Made by a program: the position numbers and the translations under genes
IMG/VR virus record: IMGVR_UViG_3300031088_000782
Location: 160,001-224,000 of that record
Length of the DNA stretch: 64,000 nt
Source: a virus
Lineage: Duplodnaviria; Caudoviricetes
Direction: 5' to 3' (one strand)
Notes under the pieces: model-generated
The model's input: only the letters and a program-made list of their open reading frames with translations
The model's database searches: none
Told to the model about the DNA's origin: nothing
Part shown: one piece after another, positions 49,219 through 59,528 of the stretch
Layout: the number at the start of each line of letters is the position of its first letter
How positions within the stretch are numbered: the stretch's first letter is position 1

Positions 49219-49451
49219 CGTGTCAATCTACCAGCCTTTGTCATCTCTTTGTTCTTTTTTTTAAAATTTTAATAAATGTTCCATAAGTTATATCTTTATG
49301 GAGCCAATATTCTTTTCTAATAAATAATGACAATCTTAACTTTGACAATTTCTGTTTCAATGTTGATAAAATAGCTAAAGAATAATTTATAAAAAATAGA
49401 TGAGCAAATACAAAAAGAATATACGTAAAAGAAAAGGTTGAGGTAGCGAAT

Positions 49452-50429
49452 ATGATGGATGAATTAGACGAGAAACTTGTAATTATGGACAAAGATGGAT
49501 TACATGTCAAGTCAGAAAAAGTTGCCGAAAAACTTGAAAAGAAAAACATTTCAGCTTCAATGGTGACAGGATTAAACCAATGTGCTGCTAAATGGCTCGC
49601 TGATTCCTTCGTTATTCGTGAACTTGTTGAAGAAGAGCCTGACAATGCAGCGAGACGTGGATCGCTATTTCACAAAGTTATGGAAGATTTCTTTGAATTG
49701 GAACCAGAAGCAAGAACACAAGCACAAGTGAAAGAAATTGTTACGCAAACTTTCAAATCAGAAGAATTTGCTGATCTTGCACAAATTGAAGATGTTCATG
49801 TATGGTTGAGACAAGCAATCAACAACTACTACTCAATGGGCGCAAACCCACAGAAAGTTCAAATTGCTGAAATTGTCATGAAAGAAGGAGAAGCCCCGAA
49901 AAAAGGCTTGGAACTGTTTGTCAAAGGAAAAATTGGCAACGCTAAAAGAGAAGTTCTTGGATTTATTGATCGCCTTGTTGTTGATGCAAAAAAAGATGAT
50001 GGGTCTGTTCTGATCGAAGATTGGAAATCAGGAACCAAGCCAAAGAAATGGAAATCACACACAAAATCGGATGAAGGTCTTGCCGAACAAAGACAACAAT
50101 TGATTTATCGAATTCTTCTTGAAAATCAGGGAGTGAAAGTTTCAGGAGCACGTCTCATCTATCCTGTTGCAAAAGAAATCGTGAATGTTGATTTCAACGA
50201 TCAAGAACTTTTCGATAGAGTTGTCAAAGATGTTGAAGAAACAGACAAAGCCCTTGATGCAATGATTGAAAAAAACACATTCGAATATACGCCATCATTT
50301 TTGTGTGCTTGGTGCCCACTGTCTCGAATCTGTATGTCCGCAACGATCAAGCCATATCCAAAAATGCAAGAAGCTTTCGCAAAACAACCTGATGCTGAAG
50401 TATTGCTAAAAGGTATTGAATTAAGATGA
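49452..50429 (+). CDS. PD-(D/E)XK RecB-like exonuclease
   Basis: SASM..QC, RGSLFH, GFIDRL, IEDWKSG, QQLIY, CAWCP. Confidence 0.85.
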   Translation: MMDELDEKLVIMDKDGLHVKSEKVAEKLEKKNISASMVTGLNQCAAKWLADSFVIRELVEEEPDNAARRGSLFHKVMEDFFELEPEARTQAQVKEIVTQTFKSEEFADLAQIEDVHVWLRQAINNYYSMGANPQKVQIAEIVMKEGEAPKKGLELFVKGKIGNAKREVLGFIDRLVVDAKKDDGSVLIEDWKSGTKPKKWKSHTKSDEGLAEQRQQLIYRILLENQGVKVSGARLIYPVAKEIVNVDFNDQELFDRVVKDVEETDKALDAMIEKNTFEYTPSFLCAWCPLSRICMSATIKPYPKMQEAFAKQPDAEVLLKGIELR

Positions 50430-50436
50430 TTTTATG

Positions 50437-50487
50437 AATAGGATAGTATCTTCAAACAGATTAGAACCTTGAAGATACTATCCTATT
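50437..50487. terminator. 19-bp inverted repeat
   Basis: AATAGGATAGTATCTTCAA / TTGAAGATACTATCCTATT. Confidence 0.65.
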
Positions 50488-50565
50488 TTGCAAAAACTAT
50501 TGAAAATCATCTGATATTACAGTTAACCAACAATTTACACAAATATTCAACAATCGTCTAAGGAA

Positions 50566-50922
50566 GTGTATTTTATGAATGAGAAAAATGAAATACATGA
50601 TGAAACAACTGAATCTGGAATTGTTGAAGGTTCCGAAACCGTTTTTAAAGAAAATACCGATGACGAGAATATTAACAATGATTTCCATCAAGACGAGAAT
50701 GTCATTTATAAAAAAGAGAAGAATCCTTTCATAAAGATCGGTCTCTGGCTTGTTGGATCTATTACTGTATATTGTGTTGTGTTGTTTGCTGTGGGGTTCA
50801 TTATAGGTTTGAATGGGCTGAGACCACCTACTGTTGATCCTGATGCCATACAGAACCAATGGTATAAAATCACAGGTGAACAGCCGCCAACAGATCATTC
50901 ATCTGAACTTGATAAAAAATAA
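50566..50922 (+). CDS. Single-pass membrane protein
   Basis: Acidic N-terminus, TM IGLWLVGSITVYCVVLFAVGFIIGL. Confidence 0.65.
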   Translation: MYFMNEKNEIHDETTESGIVEGSETVFKENTDDENINNDFHQDENVIYKKEKNPFIKIGLWLVGSITVYCVVLFAVGFIIGLNGLRPPTVDPDAIQNQWYKITGEQPPTDHSSELDKK

Positions 50923-51049
50923 TCATTGATAAAATGTTGATAAGATGTGACTATAAGAATGGATAGGCGCACACTCACAGATTCAATAGTTGTTATTAAA
51001 TTTCCTATCGATTTATATACAATTACTATCAACAGAGGAATAGTTATTT

Positions 51050-51634
51050 ATGAAAAAAGCAAAACAAGTAGATTTTCCCCAAGATCGTCATTTAACTTCT
51101 GAAGAATATGAAGAACTTTCGAAACACGCTTATAACAGTGCTTTATGGTATGTGACCAATTACAATAAAAACAGTTATCAGATCCGAACTAAACTCTACG
51201 ACAAAGGATATCTTAAAGATGAGGTTCCTGTTATTAAAAATGATGAAAAAACTTATCATAATATTGTTGAAGAAACCATTACAAAATTGAAAGATTTCAG
51301 TTATATCAATGATGAATCTTATGTTGAGAGCGCAATTTATTCGGGGTTAAGAAAAGGGAAAAGTATCTCATCTATTCGCACAAAACTTTTTCAAACCGGA
51401 CTACCGAAAGATCTGATTGACAAAGGAATGGAAAACTTCAGCGAAGAAGCGCAAACAGAAATGGAAGATGATGCTCTTGACAAAGCAGCTTCGAAAATCG
51501 TAAATTCATATTCATTCACAAAAATTACTGATCCATTCAAAGCGAAACAAAAAATAGTGCAGTCTTTGGCAACAAAAGGATTTCCTATGGGAAAGATTTT
51601 CGAATGGATTGATGAAAACTTAGATTTAGAATGA
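51050..51634 (+). CDS. recX: RecX-family regulator
   Basis: AYNSALWY..IRTKL..KGY; YINDESY; KGKS..IRTKL..GL; K..QSLATKGF three-helix repeat pattern. Confidence 0.75.
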   Translation: MKKAKQVDFPQDRHLTSEEYEELSKHAYNSALWYVTNYNKNSYQIRTKLYDKGYLKDEVPVIKNDEKTYHNIVEETITKLKDFSYINDESYVESAIYSGLRKGKSISSIRTKLFQTGLPKDLIDKGMENFSEEAQTEMEDDALDKAASKIVNSYSFTKITDPFKAKQKIVQSLATKGFPMGKIFEWIDENLDLE

Positions 51635-51780
51635 ATTATTGAACATTCCCTAACTTTTATTAATTAATTTTTATAAGATTTTAGCCTATCGAATTCAATC
51701 GGAATAAAATGTTTTGTTGATAATAAATTATAGAGGAAAAATAAACAATATATGTTTCAACAATAAATCAAGGAGGACAC

Positions 51781-52260
51781 ATGCATATCAATTCGGATTT
51801 TTTAAGTTTGCGTATTGATTTTCTTCGTAAACTTTTATTTGGTCAACATGTTGTTCCTATTAGTCAATATGAAGTGGAATCTTTGAATAGATCTGAAGAT
51901 TTGATGCATATTGACAAATTGCATCAAAATAATGGACATGGAACTCTTTTATTTCTTCTTATCCGTTTAGATGGATTAGTGAAAACTGTTGATGCTGTCA
52001 TGTTCTTGTTAGATGTTGCTGAGAATGCCAACGATGAAGGATTAGAGATAGCACTAGAAACCCTAGAAGGGGCGGTAGAAGACAATTTGGTGCTGACTGC
52101 TGATAATCTCATAGAAGTATTTAAAGACTGCGCTAACGGGGACATGGCACCATCTCTGATGATCAATGTTGTTGGAGAAGAAAAGAAAGAAGAAGTTACC
52201 ACTGAACCTATTATTAAAAAATCATCATTAAATCTTGATGCAATGCGAGATTTCAAATAA
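51781..52260 (+). CDS. Hypothetical protein
   Basis: SD GGAGG; 159 aa. Confidence 0.7.
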   Translation: MHINSDFLSLRIDFLRKLLFGQHVVPISQYEVESLNRSEDLMHIDKLHQNNGHGTLLFLLIRLDGLVKTVDAVMFLLDVAENANDEGLEIALETLEGAVEDNLVLTADNLIEVFKDCANGDMAPSLMINVVGEEKKEEVTTEPIIKKSSLNLDAMRDFK

Positions 52261-52534
52261 AAATAGATCAATTCTGCTATCTTTAAAAACGTTACAGAAT
52301 CGTTTTTAAGATGAATCGAAATGTTTTCAATACGTGACACATAAAACAACCTTTCTTGAAAATTCCCTTAAAATTACAGAAAAACATGCTGAAAACATAC
52401 CATAAAACCTAACGTTTTCAAGTGGCGTTCTCATTCCCTTTTTAAAGAGATCTATTTCATTGAAAAATGTTATAATAAACCATATAGATAATATAATAAA
52501 CCATCTATATTCAAAAGAAGAAGGTTGATGAAAA

Positions 52535-52744
52535 ATGGATAAACAAAAACGAAGAATTATAGAACTAGAATTCGATGAAAACGACACAAATATCACACAT
52601 CATAAAACGATGATAAATATTCGAGAATCACTTCATGTTCCCAAGATTACAGCATCAGAAAATGACACAGAAAAAGAAAACAATTTAAGAAGATTTGAAA
52701 ACGGGATAAGTTTTAAGTACACAACAAAAAGAAGTATCTTCTAA
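52535..52744 (+). CDS. Small hypothetical protein
   Basis: 69-aa ORF. Confidence 0.4.
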   Translation: MDKQKRRIIELEFDENDTNITHHKTMINIRESLHVPKITASENDTEKENNLRRFENGISFKYTTKRSIF

Positions 52745-52887
52745 CAAACATTTATTAATTAATGAATGCATCATCTTAAAAACTGTAATCAAAGGAACAA
52801 AAAACAACAGATTGATTCTTGATTCCTTCTGAAAACAATGTTATAATATTCTTATATTTTGCGAATTTTCAAAAAGATAGGGAAAAA

Positions 52888-53604
52888 ATGACTACAGTAG
52901 ATAAGATTGCGCCCAAAAAAATAAAAACATTTAAAGAAACACATAAATGGATAAATGTCAGTATCAATCTTATTTCCATCTTAGTCACTATTACATTTTC
53001 TTTTAACGCATTTTTTATCAATTCATTCACTCCTGGAAGCATTCAAACAGGACACCAATCAAAGCTGTATAAAAAATTTGGAACAATATCAATATATTCA
53101 GCAGAAAATCTTAGTAGCGGAGGATTAGGCCCATTCAGTATAGGCACAATTGGATATGTTAATCTTTTAGAAGAAGAAAGAAACATTTACATTAACAAAA
53201 AGAAAATCAAGAAAACAGGAATTAACCAAACTCATTTTCTTTATCGTCACGAAATGGCTCACATCGAACAAAAACGTATAGTAGCTGACAAAGCTGGCGG
53301 ATATCCAAATTGGTCTAATCCAATCAAAACTGCCAAATACATCTACTACCTATTCAAACTTGATTCTGACTACAAAAAAGTTATGCCAAAAATAAGCTCT
53401 CATTATCATGGCAAAGTTATTTTCGAAGGATTAGAGACAGCTGCAGATTGTCGCTCTATCAAAAAAGACCAAACTGATGAAGGATACTTAAACTATATTG
53501 GAACACAACAATGCACAGAAAAACAAAGAATGATAGCCTACAATGCGATCTCAGGAGAATGGCCTAACATTCATCAAAATTCAAGCAAAGAAATTATTGA
53601 ATAA
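52888..53604 (+). CDS. Membrane-anchored protein with HExxH motif (possible Zn peptidase)
   Basis: N-terminal TM; YRHEMAHIEQ. Confidence 0.6.
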   Translation: MTTVDKIAPKKIKTFKETHKWINVSINLISILVTITFSFNAFFINSFTPGSIQTGHQSKLYKKFGTISIYSAENLSSGGLGPFSIGTIGYVNLLEEERNIYINKKKIKKTGINQTHFLYRHEMAHIEQKRIVADKAGGYPNWSNPIKTAKYIYYLFKLDSDYKKVMPKISSHYHGKVIFEGLETAADCRSIKKDQTDEGYLNYIGTQQCTEKQRMIAYNAISGEWPNIHQNSSKEIIE

Positions 53605-53747
53605 ATTGCTGAATCATTTGTAAATAGTGATTAAATATATCATTGAATAGACGGACAGCCTTTCTTGAATATTGATAAAAATTGGCGTTTCTGCTGGTAA
53701 AAATTGGTAAAATAAGAGAGGAAAGATATTTGACAGGAGAGGGGTGA

Positions 53748-54887
53748 ATGGTGGATAGAGAGAATAAAGTGAAGTATAAAATATGCGATCAGTGTGGATA
53801 TTCAACTTCGAAAATCTTTGTGAAGTATTGTCATTCACAGTATTTTTATAAATGTGTTATTTGTAATTCTGATTTTATTCGTGAATGTAAAGCAAATACC
53901 CCTCAGACATGCTCAAAGAGCTGTAGTAGCAGATTAGTAAGATTAAATACAGGGAAAAAGAATGTAGTTAAATGCGAAATTTGCGAAGAATCTTTTCAAG
54001 GTCAATCAGCTAATTCTAAATACTGCAATAAAATAATAATTGTAAATTGTAATGGATTCGATAGTGATTTTGAAAGAAAATGCAATAACGAAAATGGAAG
54101 TTATTGTTCTACAAGTTGTCGAAATAAATATATGAGAAAAAACTTATACAAAATTAATTTCACAAAGAAATGCAAAAATTGCGGAAATGAATTTTACCCT
54201 ACTACAAGCGGACAAAGATTTTGCGATAATAATCATTATAGAAAATGTGAATATTGTGAAGATGATTATATTGTAAAAAACAACACTAACAAATATAATA
54301 ATTCTAAATTTTGCAGCAATTCATGCTCAACTTTTTCTCAGATGGATTCTCAATTTGATAAGAATTTGCTGCATGATTATAGAAATATTAACGAATGGGC
54401 GAAAAATTTTAAAAAAGAAAACAAAAGAAAGCCAAAACTTGCTGATTTTTTAATTTACTTCAATCTACAAAAGATACCTTCTTACGCTGACAGGTCTCTA
54501 TTTTCAAGATCTATTGATTCAAAAATAGAATTAATAGTTTTATATTATTTAAAATATATAGGACTTCATACTAATATAATTAGACGATATAGGAGAAGGA
54601 TTAATGGGAAATTATTAGAGATTGATATATTCTTTCCTGAATATAATTTTGGTTTCGAGATTCAAGATTTTGCTACTCACTGCAAAGAGAAAAGCGAAAA
54701 CTTATCAAAATTTGGAAGCCCTATGAAAGATGAAAGATATCATAATATGAAAAAAGATTATTTTAAAAGTGTTGGGATAAATATATATGAGTTATGGGAA
54801 GATGAAATTTACGATAAATCATTTCAATCTATTGTTGATGAAGTGTGTAAAAATATACCAAAAGACAACAAATGTAAAGTAAGTTGA
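53748..54887 (+). CDS. Zn-repeat protein with C-terminal Vsr/DUF559-like nuclease domain
   Basis: CKNCGNEFYPT..Q.FC..NH repeats; LEIDIFFPEYNFGFEIQ..H..K..GINIYELWE. Confidence 0.7.
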   Translation: MVDRENKVKYKICDQCGYSTSKIFVKYCHSQYFYKCVICNSDFIRECKANTPQTCSKSCSSRLVRLNTGKKNVVKCEICEESFQGQSANSKYCNKIIIVNCNGFDSDFERKCNNENGSYCSTSCRNKYMRKNLYKINFTKKCKNCGNEFYPTTSGQRFCDNNHYRKCEYCEDDYIVKNNTNKYNNSKFCSNSCSTFSQMDSQFDKNLLHDYRNINEWAKNFKKENKRKPKLADFLIYFNLQKIPSYADRSLFSRSIDSKIELIVLYYLKYIGLHTNIIRRYRRRINGKLLEIDIFFPEYNFGFEIQDFATHCKEKSENLSKFGSPMKDERYHNMKKDYFKSVGINIYELWEDEIYDKSFQSIVDEVCKNIPKDNKCKVS

Positions 54888-54960
54888 TATATAAAAATTG
54901 TTAAACTTATATTAAGAACGATTTTAAAGCAATTAAGCAAAACAAAAGTGAAGGAATAAA

Positions 54961-57096
54961 ATGGCTGATAAAGAACAAAATAGTAGCTATACAGCAGACG
55001 ATATCACAAAACTTGAATATCCATACAATGTTATAAAAAGACCGTCGATGTACTTAGGCGAAAGAGGATCACAACAAACGGTCGGTACTCGTGAGATCAT
55101 TGATAATGCTGTTGGAGAAAGCGTTAAAGGGTTCGCTAATCGCGTTAAGGTTACTTTCTGCAAAGACAAATCAGTCATTGTTCAAGATAACGGTAGAGGA
55201 CTTCCGACAGATACAAACAAAAAGACAGGGCTTAACGGAATTATTTTAACAATGGCAACACTTCACGCTGGAGCTAATTTTAGCAATAATGTAGCTGTTG
55301 GAAAAGCTGGTGCTGGGTTGAACGGTGTGGGAGGATCAGTCGTTACTGGGCTTTCAAAACGACTTGATGCCATAGTTTACAAGGGAGGAAAGAAATTTCA
55401 ACTGAGTTTCCAAGATGGATTTGCTGGTACTTTTAGTGGAGACACTCCAGAAGGAACATTCACTCGTTCAGATAAGATTATTGAAACAAAAGATGAACGT
55501 TCGGCAAAAGAAAAAAAGCTTTTTAAGCAAGGAACAATAATTCATTTTTGGTATAACGAAGAAAGATTCCCATCAGATGAAGCCATAGACATTGACGATC
55601 TTGTAGATAGGCTGAAATACACGGCCTATATTGTCCCTAAGCTAAACATTGATGTTGTTGATGAAAATAGACAATATGAAGACGGAACAAATTACAACTG
55701 GCACTTTTACAGTGAGCATGGTCTTGAAGAAATGGTAGAAGTTACTGCTCCTGATGAAAAGCTTCCCGGAACAGAATCAAAAGGTGACACATTCATTGAA
55801 AAAGGAATTTATCACCTTCAAACACAAGGTCACTATAATGAAGTCACAACAGATGAAAGCGGCAAAATAGCCGAAATTAAACGAACTGTCACCGCTGAAC
55901 TTGCTTTCCGTTATGGAACAGGGTATGAAAAGACTTTGGCAAGTTTCGTCAATACCATTCACACTCATTTGGGTGGAGTGCATGAGCAAGCTTTGGAAAA
56001 AGCTATTGTTGATAGTTTCGGAGCAAGAATGTCTTCAATGCGCGGTATCCTTACAGCCAAAGATGAACCACCTATCATTGATGATTTTTTTGAAGGCATG
56101 ACAGTTGCTCTATCCATTAATGTTCCTGAACCGCAGTTCGTTGGGCAGCAGAAAGATAAGCTGTCTGGTCCGGAAGTTCGTAAAGCATTGACAAAGGCTC
56201 TTACCGAATCTTTGACTAAATTTGCCAATGATTCAAGCAATCAGAAGTTTTTGAAACCAATGTTTGAAAAGGTTGCGCAAGCGTCTAAGAATCGCCGTGA
56301 AGCAGCTGTTGCAAAACTTGCTAAACGTAAAAACAGTCAGGTTTCTTCTTCCGCTATGCCAGCTAAATTGTCTGATTGTGATTTAATTGGAACCGAAGAA
56401 TCTGAATTGTTGATTTGCGAGGGTGACTCTGCAAAAGGAACAATTGTAAAAGCTCGTGATGCTACATATCAGGCTGTTATCCCTATTCGTGGAAAGATTC
56501 TCAATTCTTACAAAGCTGATATGAAACAAATTATGAACAACTCTGAAATCACCGATATTGCGAAAGCTCTTGGTGCAGGATTTGGTAAAGATTTTGATGT
56601 TGAGCGTATTCGTTATGGTAAAGTTTTGTTTGCCGCTGACGCTGATGTTGATGGTTCTCACATTAATATACTTCTTTACACAGTATTCAACAGAATGTTC
56701 AAGAAAATGATTGAAGAAGGAAGAGTTTACCAAACTGTTCCCCCTCTTTTCGAAATTACTTCAGGAACAGGAAGAAATCAGAAAGTTGAATATGTTTCGA
56801 ATGAAGCAGACTTGAATCAGGTTGTGAAAAAATTGGAAAAGTCTGGGAAAAAGTATAAAGTAGAGCGTAATAAAGGTCTTGGAGAGATGACACCGGAGGC
56901 TTTTTCTGAAACTGTGCTTGATCCTGAAACTCGTTCTCTACGCAGAATTACTTTGGAAGATGTTGAAAAAGCAGAACAGGCTTTGATTCTGACTATGGGA
57001 GATAACTCGCAAGAGAGAAAAGATTTCATTGGAGATAACTTCCAGACTGCTATCGACTCTGGTCTTGTTGAAGGGTTTGAATCAGGCAACGAGTAA
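54961..57096 (+). CDS. gyrB: Type IIA topoisomerase B subunit (gyrase/topo IV)
   Basis: KRPSMY, EIIDNA, DNGRG, CEGDSA, PIRGKILN, DADVDGSHI, KGLGEM. Confidence 0.93.
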   Translation: MADKEQNSSYTADDITKLEYPYNVIKRPSMYLGERGSQQTVGTREIIDNAVGESVKGFANRVKVTFCKDKSVIVQDNGRGLPTDTNKKTGLNGIILTMATLHAGANFSNNVAVGKAGAGLNGVGGSVVTGLSKRLDAIVYKGGKKFQLSFQDGFAGTFSGDTPEGTFTRSDKIIETKDERSAKEKKLFKQGTIIHFWYNEERFPSDEAIDIDDLVDRLKYTAYIVPKLNIDVVDENRQYEDGTNYNWHFYSEHGLEEMVEVTAPDEKLPGTESKGDTFIEKGIYHLQTQGHYNEVTTDESGKIAEIKRTVTAELAFRYGTGYEKTLASFVNTIHTHLGGVHEQALEKAIVDSFGARMSSMRGILTAKDEPPIIDDFFEGMTVALSINVPEPQFVGQQKDKLSGPEVRKALTKALTESLTKFANDSSNQKFLKPMFEKVAQASKNRREAAVAKLAKRKNSQVSSSAMPAKLSDCDLIGTEESELLICEGDSAKGTIVKARDATYQAVIPIRGKILNSYKADMKQIMNNSEITDIAKALGAGFGKDFDVERIRYGKVLFAADADVDGSHINILLYTVFNRMFKKMIEEGRVYQTVPPLFEITSGTGRNQKVEYVSNEADLNQVVKKLEKSGKKYKVERNKGLGEMTPEAFSETVLDPETRSLRRITLEDVEKAEQALILTMGDNSQERKDFIGDNFQTAIDSGLVEGFESGNE

Positions 57097-57106
57097 AACT
57101 AAAATT

Positions 57107-57172
57107 AATTATTAAAAATATGGAAAAGTTATTATACAACATTTTAATAACTTTTCCATATTTTTAATAATT
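57107..57172. repeat. 28-bp perfect inverted repeat with 10-nt loop
   Basis: AATTATTAAAAATATGGAAAAGTTATTA / TAATAACTTTTCCATATTTTTAATAATT. Confidence 0.8.
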
Positions 57173-57245
57173 TTTAGTCATTTAACCTTTTGTTTTGATA
57201 GAATATTGTTATACATACTTTATAACGGAATCGGCGGCGATAAAA

Positions 57246-58775
57246 ATGAAAAATCTTTATGCTAGAAAAACTATTGTAAAGAAGATTGAAAATTTACAAG
57301 CACAAGAATTTGTTGAAGAACATCATTCTCAAGGTTCATCAAAAGGAACTTTTAGCAAAAATTCGATTGGAATGTTTTTCGAGGATGAATTGATTGCTGT
57401 TGCTCAATTCTGTTCACCAAGAACTCCTCTTAAAAAAGAAAAATATAACACTGAATTATTGAGATTGTGTTTTAAAGAAAATATTCGTGTTGTAGGAGGG
57501 GCTTCTAAACTTATTAAATATTATATTGAAAAATACAATCCATCTGACATTTTTACTTATCAAGACACTACTGGTGAAAACACAAATATATATGAAAATT
57601 GTGGATTCACATTAGTATCTCAGGATAAAAAGAAACAATATTTAATAGCTCCTGGAAAAAGAGTTTCAACCGCTAATAGAAAAGATAGGGAGATATTTTC
57701 TACTTCTTATGTTGCTCAATACGGACCTGACAGGATTTTAGGGACTAAATTAGGTGAGGTATTCGATAGTGATGGTTCACGAAAAACAAATATCCAATTA
57801 TTTAAAGATCTTGGCTGGCATATAGAGGAAACCACTGGAGATAAAGTGTATGAGTGGTTTAATCCTAACCTAAGTTTTTACACATATAAAATAACCGCTA
57901 CTGATTCCAATAAATACTACTATGGAGTTTCGAGTATAAAAATGCCTTTCAATAAGGTTACAGAAAACGATTGTGAAAACGATGGGTATTTTGGTAGCGG
58001 TGGAAACACTTTAAAAAACAACAAATTCAAAAACTGGAAGAAAAAGCACAAGAAAAATCTTAAAAAAGAGATTATTCAAATATTTGAAAAGAAGAATGTT
58101 GCTTATAATGCAGAAAGAAAACTAATTGGAGATCTATGGGAAACAGATAAATTGTGTTTAAATAGTGCTGCTGGTGGCGTTTATACAGGATTCAATAAAG
58201 GATGGAGAGAGAATGTTGATCTGAAGAGATGCCCTACTCATGGTATTACTAAACATCGAGGGAATGCTTGCTACAAATGTTTCATGAATAAATTAGTCAA
58301 TACTCAGGTGTGCTCTATTCATGGTGAAACTAAATTCCAAGGCAACTCTTGTTCTAAGTGTTCAGTTGACAAAACTTTCAGTGAAAAAGTGTGCGAAATT
58401 CATGGATTAACTAAGTTTTCAGGAAATCATTGCAGAAAATGTACTGTCTCAAAAACAGTGAATATGAAAGAATGCTCTATTCATGGTTTGACAAAGCATC
58501 AGGGAGACGTATGCAATTCTTGTAATGCTTTGAGTAGTATTTCTGTGAAAAACTGCCCCACTCACGGAGAAACTAAGTTCACTGGGGACAAGTGCCGCAA
58601 ATGCATTTCATCTAAAAACAACAACATGAAAGAATGCTCGATTCATGGACTTTCTAATTATCGTGGATCAAAATGTATGAAGTGCAGTGCGCAGAAACGT
58701 AAACATAATAACAATCTTCACGATAACAAGGCAGAATCTTTGTGTTATTTATGTCTGGGTATCTCCATAGATTAA
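57246..58775 (+). CDS. Mom/GNAT-like domain + GIY-YIG nuclease + 6 tandem 27-aa zinc fingers
   Basis: YARK..HHSQG..ELLRLCF..GGASKL..TYQD; YTY..KYYYG..YFGSGG..ERKLI..LN; CxxHG.TK[FH].G..CxxC x6. Confidence 0.75.
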   Translation: MKNLYARKTIVKKIENLQAQEFVEEHHSQGSSKGTFSKNSIGMFFEDELIAVAQFCSPRTPLKKEKYNTELLRLCFKENIRVVGGASKLIKYYIEKYNPSDIFTYQDTTGENTNIYENCGFTLVSQDKKKQYLIAPGKRVSTANRKDREIFSTSYVAQYGPDRILGTKLGEVFDSDGSRKTNIQLFKDLGWHIEETTGDKVYEWFNPNLSFYTYKITATDSNKYYYGVSSIKMPFNKVTENDCENDGYFGSGGNTLKNNKFKNWKKKHKKNLKKEIIQIFEKKNVAYNAERKLIGDLWETDKLCLNSAAGGVYTGFNKGWRENVDLKRCPTHGITKHRGNACYKCFMNKLVNTQVCSIHGETKFQGNSCSKCSVDKTFSEKVCEIHGLTKFSGNHCRKCTVSKTVNMKECSIHGLTKHQGDVCNSCNALSSISVKNCPTHGETKFTGDKCRKCISSKNNNMKECSIHGLSNYRGSKCMKCSAQKRKHNNNLHDNKAESLCYLCLGISID

Positions 58776-58815
58776 AACTCGCCAATAATGAAGTTTAGCG
58801 CACATCTGATGTTTT

Positions 58816-58863
58816 AATGTGCGGGAATTCTTTCACAAACGAATATAAGAATTCCCGCACATT
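58816..58863. terminator. 16-bp inverted repeat between convergent genes
   Basis: AATGTGCGGGAATTCT / AGAATTCCCGCACATT. Confidence 0.7.
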
Positions 58864-58875
58864 TTATTATGTTTA

Positions 58876-59361
58876 TTAAAGTTTGCGATTAATCCTCACA
58901 TCATCTTCTGTGTCATAAACAGCGTAGAATGATTTTTCATCAGAATTGGTTTTTCTCCATTCGACAATATATTTTTCAATATTTTCATCAAATTTTACGG
59001 AAACACATTCAGCATAAGTGTTTGCATAATCGGAAGATCCTGGTTTATCCAAATACCTTGCATAATCTCCTACTGTAAGATCAGAAACGCTGATGCTTTG
59101 AAAAATAGATTTCTCAAAGTAAGGTAACTCCCCTGATTTTTTTGACAATTTTACATATCTTCTGAAAGACAATTCGTTTTTGATTTCACACATATAACAA
59201 TCCCAATCAATGTGCATATATTCATCTTCTTCATTGTCATACTCGTAATTATGTTCAATTACTTCGCCAGCTGTTGTTGATTCATTTTTGACAATATAAA
59301 TCAATTCGTCATCACTGAAGTTATTGAATTTCTCGTTGCTTGGCATTTTTTCACCTATCAT
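58876..59361 (-). CDS. Hypothetical acidic protein
   Basis: 161-aa ORF between the two zinc-array genes. Confidence 0.6.
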   Translation of the reverse strand: MIGEKMPSNEKFNNFSDDELIYIVKNESTTAGEVIEHNYEYDNEEDEYMHIDWDCYMCEIKNELSFRRYVKLSKKSGELPYFEKSIFQSISVSDLTVGDYARYLDKPGSSDYANTYAECVSVKFDENIEKYIVEWRKTNSDEKSFYAVYDTEDDVRINRKL

Positions 59362-59528
59362 CGGTTTATAAAATTTTATTCATCGTTCATATTATCAGAA
59401 TTTTTCGCAACAGTCAAGAAAAGAAATATTGATAAAATGAGCCGTGTAGAGATATTATTTTTTGTAAACAATTTGTTAAAATGATATAAGAAATTGTTGT
59501 TTTTTTTGAATTTTCTGGGAGCTTGTAG

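Noticed and set aside
49452-50429. Cas4 / CRISPR system
   Set aside because: No repeat-spacer array or other cas genes seen; fits a generic RecB-like PD-(D/E)XK nuclease
52261-52530. Gene-free stretches with CGTTTT/AAACG-type words (also 2705-2900, 29794-29880, 35140-35230) as a replication origin or ncRNA
   Set aside because: No iterons, DnaA boxes or alignable repeat between them could be established by eye
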